A stretch of DNA of 64,000 nucleotides from Octopus sinensis (GCF_006345805.1 NC_043015.1:39246001-39310000); one strand, 5' to 3'. Counted from the stretch's first letter, positions 27,466 through 44,221 are shown. The notes: generated from the letters alone by a model not told the origin. Numbers and translations are program-made.

Positions 27466-28417
27466 TTATTATGTTGTTTTAGTTGTCGTTTATGTTCTGA
27501 GTTCAAATCCCACCCCGTCACCTTTATCATTCCTCCTTCCTAAGTCTATAAAATAAAGTACCAATTCTGTACAGTTTTACTTCCCACTCTTTAACAAACT
27601 AAAAATGTTAGAATTCTATATTTATATATATATATATAATAAATATTATTATTTGAGGGAATATAAATCCAAACTTACAGGGAAAAAAAATTCAATTTAG
27701 AAATACTAAATCAAATTTTGCACAATATAATATATATATATATATAAAAAATTAGAAAAAAACCCAATTTTTATCAATTCAAAATGAACAATTAAATTAC
27801 ACCATCTAGAAAATGACATGTAATAGAAATATTAAAATTAAAATATCAATGATTAAGTAAATTGCAAAAAAAAAAGTAAAAACGTATATAATATATATAT
27901 ATATATATGTATGTATCTATGTATGTCTGAGTTTGTTTTTCTCCCCTCCACTGTTTGACGATTGGTGCTGGTTTGTTTACATCCCCATAGCTTGTTGACA
28001 TGACTGGGTCTTCTGCCCTACTGTATTTTGCCAAACAACCCAGTCATTTATCATCTCTTCTTTGTCCCAAGTCTTCCCCTTCCAAAGATCCTTTTCACAT
28101 TGAGCAAGCACCACTTCTTTACACACTTTGGTCCCTCTCTAAATTCATCACGTATCCATAGCAACACTGTCTCCTCTCTTGTACCCCTTTATACTTACTT
28201 TTTCTCTCAGTTCCTTTTTTTTATTCTTCACAAGTCCTCCATATCCACAGCCTTACACTACATCCCTGTTTCACGACCCACACTACACCAATGGCTGTTG
28301 ATCAGTAAATTTGACACCAAATTTTTACTACTTTTCAAAGAATTATTTTTAAGTGCTGAAACTATTTGTGTTCTTTCAAGACTGAATGTTGTATGATTCT
28401 ATCTTTGAACCAATCAG

Positions 28418-28567
28418 TTCACTGGTGAAAGAGTCTGATAAACTCCACGAAGAATTCAAACTGGAACCAACAGCTGACTCACAGCTGGATTGCACAGCAG
28501 AGGGATCTTCCATGATGGAAACTTTAGACAGTCTGGGATTTAATATGTTCCAGGAAAATTCTGCTCG
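28418..28567 (+). CDS. TGS1: TGS1 coding exon 5 (..LDSLGF..)
   Basis: Phase 2-2 consistent with neighbours; GTAAG donor; the acceptor position is less certain. Confidence 0.7.
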
Positions 28568-28975
28568 GTAAGGATATATCATTGTAGTTCTTCACCTCTT
28601 TATAGTGAAGGCCACATTTATGGCAAATCAGCCCCTCCCCCCCCCTGTTTTGTTTAAAAGATTTAAAATCAAATATAATCTTCAATACATTAAGGCCTTT
28701 TTTAACATTGACTCAATAATAGACTGTTGCAACATTTTGGTTTTCTCTCATTAAAAGACCCTGCAAAGAAAAAAAAAAACAAACTTTTCTCCCTTTCATC
28801 ATAATTCTTCGTATTGATAGAGCTGCAAACTATTTCAAGAATTCTCCTTTAAAGGTTTCCATTCTTCCATATTTTTATGTTCTAAGAACAAAAGTGTCTG
28901 TTTTATGTGTTGTTTCCTTGGTTGAACTAATCTAAAATCTTTGTTGTATTTTATACATTTCTTTACTATTTGCAG

Positions 28976-29637
28976 AAAAGCTACTGTTTCCTCAATTCAG
29001 TGGCGTCTTCATCCGAATACTTTGAGGCATTATTCTAAAGTAAATACTGGAAAACAACCGGTTCACATTTACTTTGATGATGATGATGATGAGGAGGAGG
29101 AGGATGTTGATAATGGTGATGATGAAATGAGAGAAAAATTCACTGACAAAGTTGAAGAACTCGAGAAAAACAAAGTGGTTCAGAAAGTGAAAAAGTTTCT
29201 CTCTGGAATTGAACCTTTAACGGACAAAGCAGCAAATCTTGGGAATGAAGAGAAACTCCATTCTTCAGATTGTCCTGAAAATGATTCTGTTCCATCTGCT
29301 GAAACCAAAATTGAAACTCAAATTCCAGACCCCTTGGATTGTGTAAAAAATAGTGAAGGAGTCAGTGATACTCCTAGTGAGACAACACCATCTTGTGAGG
29401 ATTCTGTTGCAAAACAAGGGGTACATTTTGTAGACACTGTGAAACCAAATTCATCAACTGAAGGTTCTGACGAGAAATGTCTGCAGAAATTAAAACCTTC
29501 GGCTGGCAAAAGTAAAAAACAAAAACAGAAAATGGATATTCCAGCTGAGATATTGGAAGACCAGACATTAAGAAAATATTGGTCTCAAAGATTCCGATTG
29601 TTCTCCAGATTTAATAAAGGAGTCAAATTACACAAAG
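28976..29637 (+). CDS. TGS1: TGS1 coding exon 6 (..LRKYWSQRFRLFSRFNKGVKL)
   Basis: Diagnostic KYWxQRxRLFSRF motif; phase 2-1. Confidence 0.95.
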
Positions 29638-30758
29638 GTAATTAGTTTCTGTTTTGTATATTACTGGTGTGGAATAGAAAAGCAGAAACCTAATTAAAGG
29701 TTTGTGTGTGTATGTGGTATATGTAAAGAATGGCAATTCAGGATTCCTGGAAGGATGTTGCTGTCTTGCTAATCCATCTCATCTATGTCAGTTGCAGAAG
29801 AACAGTCATATATAATGGCGAGGAAGATTTTATACAACTCTAAAATTTAACCCTTAAGTGATAAGCATTAGGTCTCTAGTCTGGGGATAACTTCTTCCCA
29901 ACAAACTAAGAGTCCCTGGAATATGTTGGGGGTTGGGGGCTGGCCTCTCCCTGAAGATTGACTATAATTTTAAATCAAATTTATTTCAATTGAATTTAAA
30001 CTTAATTGTAATTCGAATTTAATTGTAGCCATGAAACGTACGTAGTGTTTTTATATATTATATTATATTTTTATCATTCACTTTATACTTTTTGAGATCT
30101 AGTTATAAGTTATATATTTAAAAAAAAATCATATATATTTATTATTTGTTATTTATGTATTGGTTTATGTCTATCACTGTTTGAGTTGCCTAATAGTGGT
30201 TTTATCTCTAATTTATATTTTATATATTTATACTGTGAAATTTGATTTAATAATAAATTGAATTTTTCCCTGTAAGTTTGGAGTTATACTCCCTAATATT
30301 ATATATATATATATATATATATTCCAAGAAAGTTAGAGGTTGTGAATCCAACCCACTAAGGGATAATATCTATCCAATATACTGCCGGTAGAATACCCAG
30401 TTATTAATACACAAGTGTTTTTTATTGCATTGCAATTACATTACCGAGTGTGCTAAATGGGTGAAGGTAAAGAGATATTTTACCATTAATTTAGAGAGCA
30501 ATAAGAAAATGGAGGGGATCAATAGGTGGTTCATCAACTTTTAGACATTATATTATGTCAACTTATTTATTTACTAAAATGACAATTACAAGACTATACA
30601 TACATGTATAACATGTTGTATGTATATTCTTATAATTATCATTTTAGTAAATAAATAAGTTGACATAATATAATGTCTAAAAGTTGATGAACCACCTATT
30701 GATCCCCTCCATTTTCTTATTGCTCTCTCTCTCTATATATATCCATTCAAATATATAA

Positions 30759-31028
<270 letters not shown>

Positions 31029-31599
31029 TAGTGGTTTCAGCTGGAAATTTCTTGGGGAAAATTGTGTATCGCTTTAGGTTTTGGTTTCAAATCCTGCCTA
31101 GGTCAACTTTGCCTTTCATCTAACTTGGATTGATAAAATTTAATACCAGTCATGTACTGGGGTCAGTGCCATCAACTGTTCCCTGTGATTAAAATTTGTA
31201 GACATGTTACTTTATTAGAAATAATAGTAAATTGTCAGAATTTAGGTGTTTTCACTCAATAAACACTCACAATTCCATGCCCCACTTAAAAAAAAAAAGT
31301 TTTAGATCTCATGTCCAACCGCAAATTTCCCAAGCCCCACCTGTGGGGCATATTTGCCCCATGTTGGGAATCACTGCCCCAACCCATCCAGGGCAGTATT
31401 CTTGCTTCATTAGGAAAAAATTAATTGGCAACATTTGTTTTGGCTCTTTATGTTCTGAGTTCAAATTCAAGTGAGGTCACCTTTTGGTTTTGATAAAATA
31501 AAATACTCCTAAAGTACTGGGCTCAGTGTTATCAAGTAGCTGCTCCCTTCTACATCAAAATTACCGGCCTTGTGCTTAAACTATCATTAATTATTATTA

Positions 31600-33046
<1,447 letters not shown>

Positions 33047-33125
33047 TTCAGACATATTTGCTGCAGCCAGAAAGGTGACCAATAATGTTGCATTTTCTGC
33101 CCCTCGCAACACCAGTACAGAGCAG
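33047..33125 (+). CDS. TGS1: TGS1 coding exon 9 (SDIFAAARKVTNNVAFSAPRNTSTEQ)
   Basis: PRN motif; preceded by a U12-like branch site and an AC acceptor; GT donor, phase 0. Confidence 0.88.
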
Positions 33126-34805
33126 GTATAATTACTTTATCTATTTAACTCTTAATTACATGTAGATGATTATTATTATTATTTGCTGATAATTGCAATT
33201 TTGAGCTTTACGAATTGCCAAACAGGTGGGTCTAAACATCATCATAACATGTCCATTTCTCCATGTTCCTAGGGTTGGTCAAGTCTTTTTCAGGCACAGC
33301 AACTGACCACTTGTGGTCTTCATGACATTCACCTGCTATCTTGTACTTGTGATGGTGTTCACCCAGGGTGGGTTGAGCCGGCTTCTTCTCTGGTCCTGAC
33401 AGCATCACGAACCATGGTGGCCCACGCTTGACGGTCCTGTGCGAGGTCACTGGAGACAGCGAGCCATTCGTGGTTCCATCTGCACAGACCGACCACCTGC
33501 GGACCGGATAGTTTGGAGAGGTCCTCCTTTACTGTCATTGCCCAGGTCTTCAGCTGCCCCCCCCCCGTGTGTTTGCACCAGTTGGGAAGTGGAGGTGGGA
33601 GGAGGACATCGCGAATCAGCTCACTCTCTGGACACTGGGCTGCATGACCGAACCACCTTAAGCGCCGTTATAGAAACACCAAAGGGAGGGGCCAGAGATG
33701 CATTCCTCTCCTGTACAATCTGCCCACATTGATTACTTTATCCACCTCAAAATATGCCATTTGCATCTTTGCTCCAGCTAGGTCTCCTCTCTCTTTCATT
33801 CCTTCACTCTAACCCAGTGACCCCTCTACAGCTTTCCAGAAAAATGCATGTCCCACCGGTGGTTGGAAACAAAGGATTTTATTTTTAATATTCTATCACA
33901 GTTATTTGATACAAAAGAATCTACCAGTAACTTTTAAGTACCGAGTACCAAAAGAAAGTACATTACTAAGAAAAAAAAAGTGAATGTCTTTGAGAACTTT
34001 GTGCCTGGCAACTCTGGCAGATTTCCTTGATTTGAGGAGACAATTTCGTTAGCATCAGCTGTAGCATTAGAACAGCGCTATACTGTAGCATTTGGCTGGA
34101 GGGACTGGTTTAGCTAGGCTGTATATAAGTGTAGTATGTTTGCTGTGATAAAACGGTTTTCACAGTTCCATCTCCCACTTAAAAGAAAAAGTTTTAGATC
34201 CCATGTCCCACCGCAAATTTTCCAAACGCCACCTATGGGGCATATTTGCCCCACGTTGGGAATCACTGCTCTAACCCGTCCAGGGGATTGTGGTGATCCC
34301 TGCTGTACTCTTTTGCCACAACTTTCTCGCACTCTTTCTTCTGTTGGCCTGCTTGCTTAGCCAGCGGGGTGGCGTCATTTGAAGGCTAATACAATGCGAA
34401 GCGCTTTGTGACCAGCGACGTGTAACAACATCTGATAGCCTGGTCGGTCACGGTGATATATATATATATATATAGCCACTAAATAGTTGTTCTGATTTGT
34501 ATGACGAATGTTTTTGCTGAGAGAAGAGTCAAGTATGTGACTTGTGGAGAGACCCAGCATGATTCAGAAGTAGTTTAAGTCGGTCATTTTCTGTCTGTGG
34601 AAGAAATAATGACAAAGATTTGTTTGTATTTGTCCAAAGTCTCAGAGTATTGACTAAAACGATATCAAGATTACTTCAACAGATCTTTGAGAAAAATATC
34701 CTCAAACACTGTTTTGCATCATGATGTAAGATGTTTCAGCCAACATGCAACTCTATGAAATCTACTATAAATTCCTGTGAGGTCAAGAACCCAGATCATC
34801 AGTAA

Positions 34806-35081
<276 letters not shown>

Positions 35082-37300
35082 GGAAGCATCGAGTGTTATT
35101 TCACTTCTGGCGAACTTTACCAAGACCCCCGTCCACTTGTCCCATCACCAACCCACCTGCCCCTGCTTGTGCCTCATTTCACACCTACATATTACAACTC
35201 ATGACCTATTGGCTTACTGACACACTCACACACACACACATATATAAATGTATATGATTACACATCACTTGAGCATTAGACTAATTGCTGAAACCTTGTA
35301 CACACAGGACATCTTTATCAATTGCTTGGTCCACCTTTCATTTCATATTCCATAATAGTTTTTCTTTCTTTCAGTTAGATTTTGTATATATTTGGGTGAC
35401 AAATGTGTATGTATATATATATCATGATAAAGATAAACATCTCATAGACCTATCAGCCTTAATTACAATTCACCAACCTGAAGGGTTTCATTTGGTATTA
35501 AATGCTTTTGGTAAAACATAAACATCTCAAAGTCCCCTTTTTTGTGTGCAATAAAATAAAATAAAATAAAAGCAATAATTGTAGAAATCATTTATGTTTA
35601 TGTTGAATCTCTCTTCTCCACTCACCTCCCCTCTTTCTTTCTCACTCTCTAAATATATATGATCGTTACCAGTGGCGCCTTACTGGCACTTGTGCCTGTG
35701 CTACTAGGGTGCCAAGAGCACCATCCGAGCGTGATCGTTGCCAGAGCAACCAACTGGCTCCATGCTGGTGACACGTAAAAGGGTACCATTTGAGTGTGAT
35801 CGTTACCAGCGTCGCCTTACTGGCACTTGTGCCCGTGCTACTAGGGTGCCAAGAGCACCATCTGAGCGTGATCATTACCAGAGCAGCCAACTGGCTCCGT
35901 ACCAGTGACACGTAAAAGGGTACCATTCGAGCGTGATCGTTACCAATGTCACCTTACTGGCACCTGTGCCGGTGGCATGTGTAAAAAGATTTGAGCTTGG
36001 TCGTTGCCAGTACCACCTGACTGGCCCCGTGCCGATGGCATGTAAAAAGCACCCACTACACTCTCGGAGTGGTTGGCGTGAGGAAGGGCATCCAGCTGTA
36101 GAAACTCTGCCAGATCAATATTGGAGCCTGGTGCAGCCATCTGGTTTGCCAGCCCTCAGTCAAAATCGTCCAACCCATGCCAGCATGGAAGGCAGACGTT
36201 AAACGATGATGATATATTTACACACAGGTTTAACCCTTTCATTACCAACCCAGCTGAAACCGGCTCTGTAGTACAAATGTCTTGTTTTCATAAAGTTTTG
36301 AATTAAAATCTTCCACCAAACCTTTGTCACAATTAATGTTCCTAACACTAGCTTAAATGATAACTAAGTTATTTTACTAAATTCTTTGTTAGATTTTAAA
36401 GTAATTGAAAAAAACACGGAGCATCTCAAAATAAATACAGTAATGAAAGGGTTAATTATCAGTTAAAGGGTTAATCATAGGTCAGGCAGAATTCATTGAG
36501 GTAGAATTTTGTTTTTTTTTACCGTTGGATGTCTTTTCAACCTCCTCCTGTTTCCAAGCAATGTAATATTTCTGCATGGCTGGACATATTTCCATAGAAG
36601 ATTGGAATCAAATGATACCATGTGCTTTTGAAGTCATTGTAGGATGAACAAAAATTCCTTACTGAAAAAAACGGTCAAGGGTTGGCGACAGGAAGCGCAC
36701 CCAGCTGTAAAATATTGCTTCAAATAAGTATTTATCAAATTGAAGAAGAAAAACCAGAGCAAAAGGTCGGAAACGATAAAAGATGGTGAATTAAAATTAT
36801 TAACAATTTATTTCCATTAAAATTTGTATGAAAAATACAGTTTCTATCCAAACCAACAAAACAAGTCACCAGCCTACGTAACAGCGCAATACATTTTCTT
36901 ACCAACAAATAAAATGAAAAGAAAACATTTTAAGATTTTTGGCAATAATAATAATAATATCCAGAATGCTTCTGTGTGAAGTTGAAGAAAGACTTTTTGC
37001 TTGTAATGCCAGCAAAAGAAACAGTGGAAGTCTGTTAGAATATTTTTGGGTTTGGTTGTTCATTTACAATTTCATCTGACATTAAGGTTCTCAAATTCTA
37101 AGGGATTATCTCTGGATAATCCAAATACCTAGGTTTGTAAGAGATTAGTCAATTGATGAACTAAATGAAATATTTGGCAATGGTTGTTATTTTAAGTTGA
37201 AAGAATTCAAATAAGAAAAACTGAAAAAAAAAAAGTCTATAAAAGTTGTATTAATCAAAAAAAATATTTAATGAAACTCCTCTTAAATAAAAAGCCTTCA

Positions 37301-37555
37301 TCATCATTGTTCGACCGTGGTCGAGACAATGGAATTTACCATGTTACGCCAGACTTCACAGTCCATCATGGCATTACGGAGGTCCTGTTGCTGGATGCCT
37401 ATATCCCTGGAGATTACATCAGGGTAGGAGAGTGTGCGCCCTCTGGTATTGCGAGTAGATGGCTTCCAGAGGAGGAGAGTAGAAATTACTTCTTTTTCAG
37501 CTCTACAACAATGTCCAGCAAACTGGACTCTCTTACCTTTCACAAGAGATGACAC
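37301..37555 (-). mobile_element. 5'-truncated RTE-clade LINE 3' end
   Basis: QFAGHCCR..W.....R.RGR..WRNMV stop; (TGA)n tail; AGCCTTCA TSD-like flanks. Confidence 0.8.
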
Positions 37556-39717
37556 AGCCTTCAACTGTATAATTTCAATATCTCAAAATGGTAATTTAAT
37601 ACTGAACGAAGAACGGACAAAGGAAACTTAATTGATAACAGTGTTTGTATTTATGATAATATCTGAAAGCACCAAACCAATGCGTGGAGGAGTAAATTTA
37701 ATACAGTGTATTACTGGTACTTACTTTTCAACTTTGATGAGACCGAAGGCAAGATTTGACCTTCCTGAATCACTTGGTATTTTATTTAGATTGCCATTCC
37801 TGATATCACCTTAATAATAATAATAATAATGATAATTCTCTCTAATAAAGGCACAAGGCCACAATCACTTTAATTGCTTATAACAAGGAGAAAGATTCAG
37901 TTCTGGCAGGATTTTTGAAGTGGTAAGCGCCATTTTGTCTGGCTTTCAGTGTAATTATTTCTCTTTCCGTTTTTGATAGTTTAGGATTTCACAAGTGACT
38001 GGAAATGAAATTACTGGTCCTTTTTTTTTTATTATTTTTTAAAACTATTTGAACTGAAAGGCAAAGCTTGGCAATAACAAGACCGAAGACATTCAACATA
38101 GATTGTGACTAAGTCCACCTTAGCACTTGGCCACTACTAAAAAATGGATTCTAAATAAAGGCAAGTAAAGAGGAGGAAATAATTCAGAAAACATCAAATA
38201 GTAAGTATTACAAGATCTGAGAGTATATAGCATTAAGACACAGCTAGTAGTAGTAGTAGCAGCAGCAGAGTCCAAGATGACCACCCAGTATGTCTGTCTT
38301 ATATAAACCATATTTAAAGGTTGTCTCGGTTCTGTTTGCTTGAAGAGAGAAAATCACAGCCAACTTAGCCAGAAATGTGGTTGTTACACATACGTGCACA
38401 CACACACACACACTGGCCATATCCAGGTCAATGTTGCCAAGACCACCTCAGAAACACTCATTACTGTTGGTAAAGGCATGAACATTACAACATCTATGTC
38501 TCTCTTCTTACTGATCACCAATTACAACAAAAACATCATCGACCACCTTCCTACACACCTAAAGACCCAGATTTTTTTCATAGACAATTCTGCAGTTGTA
38601 GATTTAGAAACTTGTTATAATCTTAGAGACACTTCTTTCCTTCCCTCTTTCTTCACCAATTACTTCCAAATTAATGGATTAATTAACATTAGCTGACTTA
38701 TCAAGTTTATAGAAATTTGCTGAAAGTATTTCATTAAAATCCAAAACTCAGAAACGAATTTAAGCAGGGTTTACTAAGAGACAGAACAAGTAGATTACCT
38801 GTCAATATTAGTCGTTCAGGTGCAAACCTTTTTAAAAGGTCACAACTATGACCTTGGAGGTTCAAAAGACTATCTGAAGACAAATTTGAACAGACCATTT
38901 CTCAATTTTTGGTTTCTCCCATATTTAGCGATGTTTATTGGCTACAAGCCTTGTTAGATAAATTTCGGATTAACCAACGGATGAAGAAAAGAGGAGTAAT
39001 TATTTATGAATGCCTTTGTAATTAAGAATGATAATAAAACGACAAAACAATGTCAAAGTAATATCATCTATGACTAAACCTGTTACGTTTGTTTCTATCA
39101 CAACTGTCAGGATATCTGGTGGGGCATCAGGCAGCAGCAGCTAACTGCATCAACTACATACTGTGTCACATTGCATAGACGGCTAAATACAAATTTCTGT
39201 TAATCTTTACATAAAAAATGATAAGGAGTTGTTGAAAATTATTTGTAATTGTTTCCTTCTCATTAAAAAAAATTGTTAATAGAAAAAGAATTTATAAATA
39301 ATGACAGATAGAAACTGAACTTGCACAAAGATCTGAGATGATTAAAAACAATTTTTTTTCTCTGTATTAATGAAATCCAATTAAGAAGTTCTGATGAGTC
39401 CATATTAACAAAGAACTTTAATTAAATGCCATCTGGTACATCTGCCAGATGTTAAGCAGTTTAAAAGATTTATTTTAAGCATTTAAACCTTTCTAAAATA
39501 TATTAAATATTTTCCACTAAAATGCTGGTTAACTTCAATGGAAGTTATTAATTCTCAGGTGTTAGATATAACAAGATCCTGTTAAAGTGAATTCTAAGAG
39601 TCTTTGGTACCTCAGTGTTTTGTGAATTCCTCTTGGAACCTGTTCAAAGCGAGAATGGAAGCTTCACAATTCACGAAGTTCAATAACTAAAATTTCTTTT
39701 TTGCAATTCAGCGAGTT

Positions 39718-39779
39718 TTAATATGGAGGTAATGGTGCTTCCAACAAGCCCGTTACTTTGGTTTCCTCAAATCCATCCC
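39718..39779 (-). CDS. SAM-domain protein terminal exon (DGFEETKVTGLLEAPLPPY*)
   Basis: Good acceptor tttcattacag; phase consistent; TAA stop. Confidence 0.6.
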
Positions 39780-39953
39780 CTGTAATGAAAAAAAGAAAAA
39801 TATATTTTACTTCAAGAGTAGAAGAATTTGTGGTTGAAAGGTGGGAGAGAGAGAGAGAGAGAACTTGATAGCACGGTCCAATTAAGATTACAATTAGAAA
39901 TGGGTGAGGTAATATGAAGAAAGCTGCAGTTATGGGCTGGACAGTCTATAAGA

Positions 39954-40154
39954 CAGTGGTTTTCAACCAGGGTTCCGGCAGTACAGTCCAGGGGTTCCGC
40001 AAGAAGTTACAAAACTGCTAAAATTGGCAGTAATTTTTAATTTTCCTGTGCAGATATGTGTGCATAAGACTATTAAATTATTGCACAGGGGATCCCCGAG
40101 CCAGTGGAATGTTTCCTTGGGGTTCCGCTCCAGCAAAAAGTTTGAAAAGCACTG
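39954..40154. mobile_element. hAT (Charlie-like) MITE
   Basis: CAGTG..CACTG TIRs with a perfect 8-bp TSD CTATAAGA; similar element at 9881-10151. Confidence 0.88.
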
Positions 40155-40689
40155 CTATAAGATGTCTGATAGATCAACTTTGGTCAAACTGCCATCATTG
40201 GATCAATGTTCTCGTGGTTACCATTCTTCAGGGTAGGTTGCCGATGCCAGTACTGCCTGACTGGTTCCCATGCTGGTGGCACGTAAAGAGCAACCCACTA
40301 CACTCTCAGAGTGGTTGGCATTAGGAAGGGCATCCAGCTGCAGAAACTCTGCCAGATCAGACAACTGGAGCCTGGTACGGCTTCCTGGCTTCCCAGTTCC
40401 TGTCAAACCATCCAACCCATGCCAGCATGGAAAGCGGATGTTAAACGATGATGATGATGATGATGTGTGTATATGATCGTTTCACATCTACATATTTCAC
40501 TTGTAATGTTCAGGGTTGGTTTCACTTCTACAGTTGGTTGCCCTTTCAGGCCTCAACTATTTTACACAGGGCATTGAGTGCATCTTAACATGGTACCAAC
40601 ACCAGAGAAACTGTCATATCATCAACCATGGGGAAGTTGGAGAGATGAGAGGGTCTAAAGGAGGTCAATAATGGAGACTTGACACTAAA

Positions 40690-40710
40690 CATATACACAT
40701 ACACACATGC

Positions 40711-40756
<46 letters not shown>

Positions 40757-41170
40757 CATATATATACACACACACACACATATATATATACATATACACA
40801 CACACACATACATATATACATATACACACACACACATACATATATACATATACACACACACACATATATATACATATACACACACACACATATATATACA
40901 TATACACACACACACATATATATACATATACACACATACACATATATACATATACACACACACACATATATATACATATACACACACACACATATATATA
41001 CATATACACACACACACATATATACATATACACACACATATACATATACACACACACATATATACATATACACACACACATATACATACACACACACACC
41101 ACATATATATACATACACACACACATTATATATATATATATATATATACATATATACACACACATACACA
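40690..41170. repeat. Compound (TA/CA)n microsatellite array
   Basis: Direct inspection; similar tracts at 21885-22030, 48750-48860, 53590-53785, 55780-55910, 56100-56290. Confidence 0.95.
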
Positions 41171-42004
41171 TAGGCATGGCTGTGTGGTAAGAAGATTGCT
41201 TCTCAACCACTTTTCCAGGTTCAGTCCTACAGCATGGCACCTAGGACAAGTGTCTTCACTTGGTTGATGACAGTGCCGCCCTGACTGGCCCCTTTTTCTC
41301 AATATATACACAAACTGCACACACAGATATGCATACATATTGTTTGTGCATGCATTTTGCACCAGTTATAATATCAAAGAGAAAATTAGAAAAAAACAGT
41401 GTTTTAGGATTAAAGCCCCTTGACATATTAGTTCTGCATTTCCTTGTCCCTGTCAGGAATGTAGTGAAACAATACTAAGGAGGTGTAGTCCATAAGGTTA
41501 TCATTTACCAATTAAAAGATAACAAAATACAGAAGCCATCCTCTGTAATCCTGTCCCAGCAGTGAGGCCAGTGATGATGATGATCATCATCGTTTAACGT
41601 CCGTTTTCCGCGCTAGCATGGGTTGGACGGTTCAACTGGGGTCTGGGAAGCCAGGATGCCGCACCAGGCTCCAGTCTGATCTGGCAGTGTTTCTACAGCT
41701 GGATGCCCTTCCTAACGCCAACCACTCCGTGAGTGTAGTGGGTGCTTTTTACGTGCCAGGGGAGTCTGGCATCGGCCACGATCGGTTGGTGCTTTTAACG
41801 TGCTACCGGCATGGAAGCCAGACAAGGCGGTGCTGGTTTCTGATAAAAGCAATTTAACATAATTCCACACGTTCTCTCACTAATCTAATGCTGTCCGCTT
41901 AAAGCCGTCATTCCATTGACATCAACCTGTTCACTGGTTCACATTTTCACACCAGCCTGTCACAATATTTGAAGAACAATTCTCAGAAACTTGAAACGAC
42001 TTAC

Positions 42005-42114
42005 TTTCATTCTGATGGTACGGCAACAGCAAACTGCTTCGCATGTTTGCATTCTTTAACTCCACACGTTCGTGCTTTAATCTCTGCTGTAGAATCTGTT
42101 GCATAAGTTCTCGT
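42005..42114 (-). CDS. SAM-domain protein exon 4 (RELMQQILQQRLKHE..)
   Basis: QRLK helix as in Aveugle; GTAAGT donor; phase 2-1. Confidence 0.82.
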
Positions 42115-42219
42115 CTGGAAGAGAGCAAGACTTGGTGCCATTAAGAGTCAAGAAGGGTGCGAGTAACAAAGAAGAAACAAAGACACAATCGCAGGGTAAT
42201 ACAATGTAGGACTCAATAC

Positions 42220-42286
42220 CTGTGGTTGCTGTCTGCGATGCCCATTTTCTCCAGTTTGATGTCATTCATTCTAATCAATGTACGAC
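42220..42286 (-). CDS. SAM-domain protein exon 3 (GRTLIRMNDIKLEKMGIADSNHR)
   Basis: SAM L..MGI....R motif; phase 1-2. Confidence 0.9.
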
Positions 42287-42369
42287 CTGGATATAAACAA
42301 AAGAAATAAAAAAAAATAACTTCATGGAATGGAAGAATTCTTTAAAAATTAAGAAAGTGTACAAGAGTT

Positions 42370-42789
42370 GGATCTTTTCGGTTTGAACAGCAGTTTTTAA
42401 CATAATTTCTAGGTAACTAAAAAATTTTAAACTTCGTATACTGCTAGAATGTGTTTATAAAACATCTTTTTCTCTTGGCTCTATTGAGAAAATTCTATAG
42501 TTTGTAAGATATTTGTTGTTTTTCTTCTTCAATTTCTGCAATTTCAACCAATCAATGATGTGTATTGAGGTAAAAAACATTCTGTGCCGTATGAATATGT
42601 CCCTCGTTTAAGAAACAGATTGGGTTTATTTACATTTGTGAAGAAAAAAAGATACCCTTCCCATCCCTACCTCTAACCCTAACCCTAAAACAGATTGAAA
42701 TGCAATAGATCAATACTAGGGTCATAATTATGGGTGACAATTTCATATGACACCACTAGAAAAAACTGCCGTTCAAACCGAAAAGATCC
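42370..42789. mobile_element. GG..CC-ended MITE with 8-bp TSD
   Basis: TIR GGATCTTTTCGGTTTGAAC; TSD CAAGAGTT; internal TAACCC repeats. Confidence 0.88.
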
Positions 42790-42904
42790 CAAGAGTTACA
42801 GCAGCATAGAACAAATAGTTATGATGTCTGGCAGAGACACAGCTCAGGCAAGAATCTGATGTTTAACAATAGACACAAACCATTTAAAATTAAAGGTGCC
42901 ATAC

Positions 42905-43052
42905 CTGTTACTTCATGGTCCAAGAACATATTCTCATACATATCACAGTAGCAGCCACACCGTTTCCGTAGCCATTTGTTAACATCTGCTGTGGACCAAA
43001 AATACAGAGGTTTTCTTTTCTTCTTCACATTGCTGTTGTCTTTTACCTTGTC
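42905..43052 (-). CDS. SAM-domain protein exon 2 (KPLYFWSTADVNKWLRKRC..FLDHEVTG)
   Basis: SAM N-terminal W..DV..WL and F..H.ITG pattern typical of Aveugle/SAMD12; the acceptor is approximate. Confidence 0.88.
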
Positions 43053-43136
43053 CTTCAGAGAATAATGAGAGAGAGAGACTCGGTTTGAAAAACTGACAAA
43101 ACTTCATTCGAGAAGAGAATCACTTTTAAGAAATTA

Positions 43137-43509
43137 CTAGTAGTATCGCCCGGCGTTGCTCGGGTTTGTAAGGGAAATAACTATATAAGCATTTTTAGAG
43201 AGTTATAGCCAAAAAATGGGAAAAAAATGATGGTAAATTTTTTTGAGAGTTAAAAAGGTCGAGTTGCGTCCCCTAGACAGTCTGTGGTTTGTGTTTCTGA
43301 TTCTCAACCCCATGTCGAATTTATCGATTTTTTTCAGAACTGGGGGAACTTTTCAAAATTTTCTCTGCGTTAGTTTTGAATTATGACATTGGGTTCTGTG
43401 TGTGTCAAGTTTCATCAGAATCGGTTGAAAGCCGTGGTCAGGGTGAGGGTACAACCTAACAGACACACAGAAACACACACAGACAAACTGCCGTTTATAT
43501 AGAGAGAGA
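43137..43509 (-). mobile_element. Non-autonomous Helitron-like element
   Basis: 5' TC, 3' CTAG with a CCCG..CGGG hairpin, A|T insertion site; similar elements at 19779-20187 and about 52190-52725. Confidence 0.7.
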
Positions 43510-43732
43510 TAAGACTTTTAGAAAACACAGCATTTAGTTTTGGTATTAGGGACTGACTCTAGTTTATAAGGGCTCAGTACTCTGATGGCACCACACCCGT
43601 CTTTACTAATGTGACAGTTACATAGTGTTGTACACCCGCACCCAGTTGCATAAAAACGACAAAAATAAAATAGTTACCGTTCCTGTCATAAAAGACTTAA
43701 TTCTTTGCATTTCCATTCCTTTCCTTGTCATT

Positions 43733-44221
43733 TAACCCTTTCGATTCCAACCCGGCTGAAACCCCCTCTGGATCTCTAGCACAAATGTCTTGTTTTCATA
43801 AGTTTTGAATTGAAATCTTCCACCAAACCTCAGTCACAATTTATGTTCCTAACACTAAGCTGAATGATAACCAAGTTATTTTACTAAATTCTTTTGTTAT
43901 ATTTAAAATTAATTGAAAGAAACACAGAACATCTTAACAGAAATATGGTATCAAAAGGGTTAACAAATAATTACGAACGACAAGCGACAAAATTGGTTAA
44001 CCCTTTCATTACCAACCCGGCTGAAACTGCCTCTGGTTCTGAGTACAAATGCCTTGTTTTCATAAGTTTTGAATCAAAGTCTTCCACCAAACCTTAGTCA
44101 CAATTAATGTTCCTAACACTAGCTGAATGATAACCAAGTTATTTTACCAAATTCTTTGTTACATTTAAAATTAATTGAGAGAAACACAGAGCATCTCAAA
44201 ATACAGTAATGAAAGGGTTAA
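43733..44221. mobile_element. Two adjacent TTAA-flanked (piggyBac-type) MITEs
   Basis: TTAACCCTTT..AAAGGGTTAA termini; same family at about 5893-6121, 7320-7478, 36230-36455, 60515-60731. Confidence 0.85.

Noticed and set aside
39392-39420. CTGATGAGTCC, hammerhead-like start
   Set aside because: No complementary stem II strand or GAAA follows
40665-41267. Long ORFs rich in YI/CV/HT (also at 21774-22109, 53387-53869, 55765-56378)
   Set aside because: Translations of dinucleotide microsatellites
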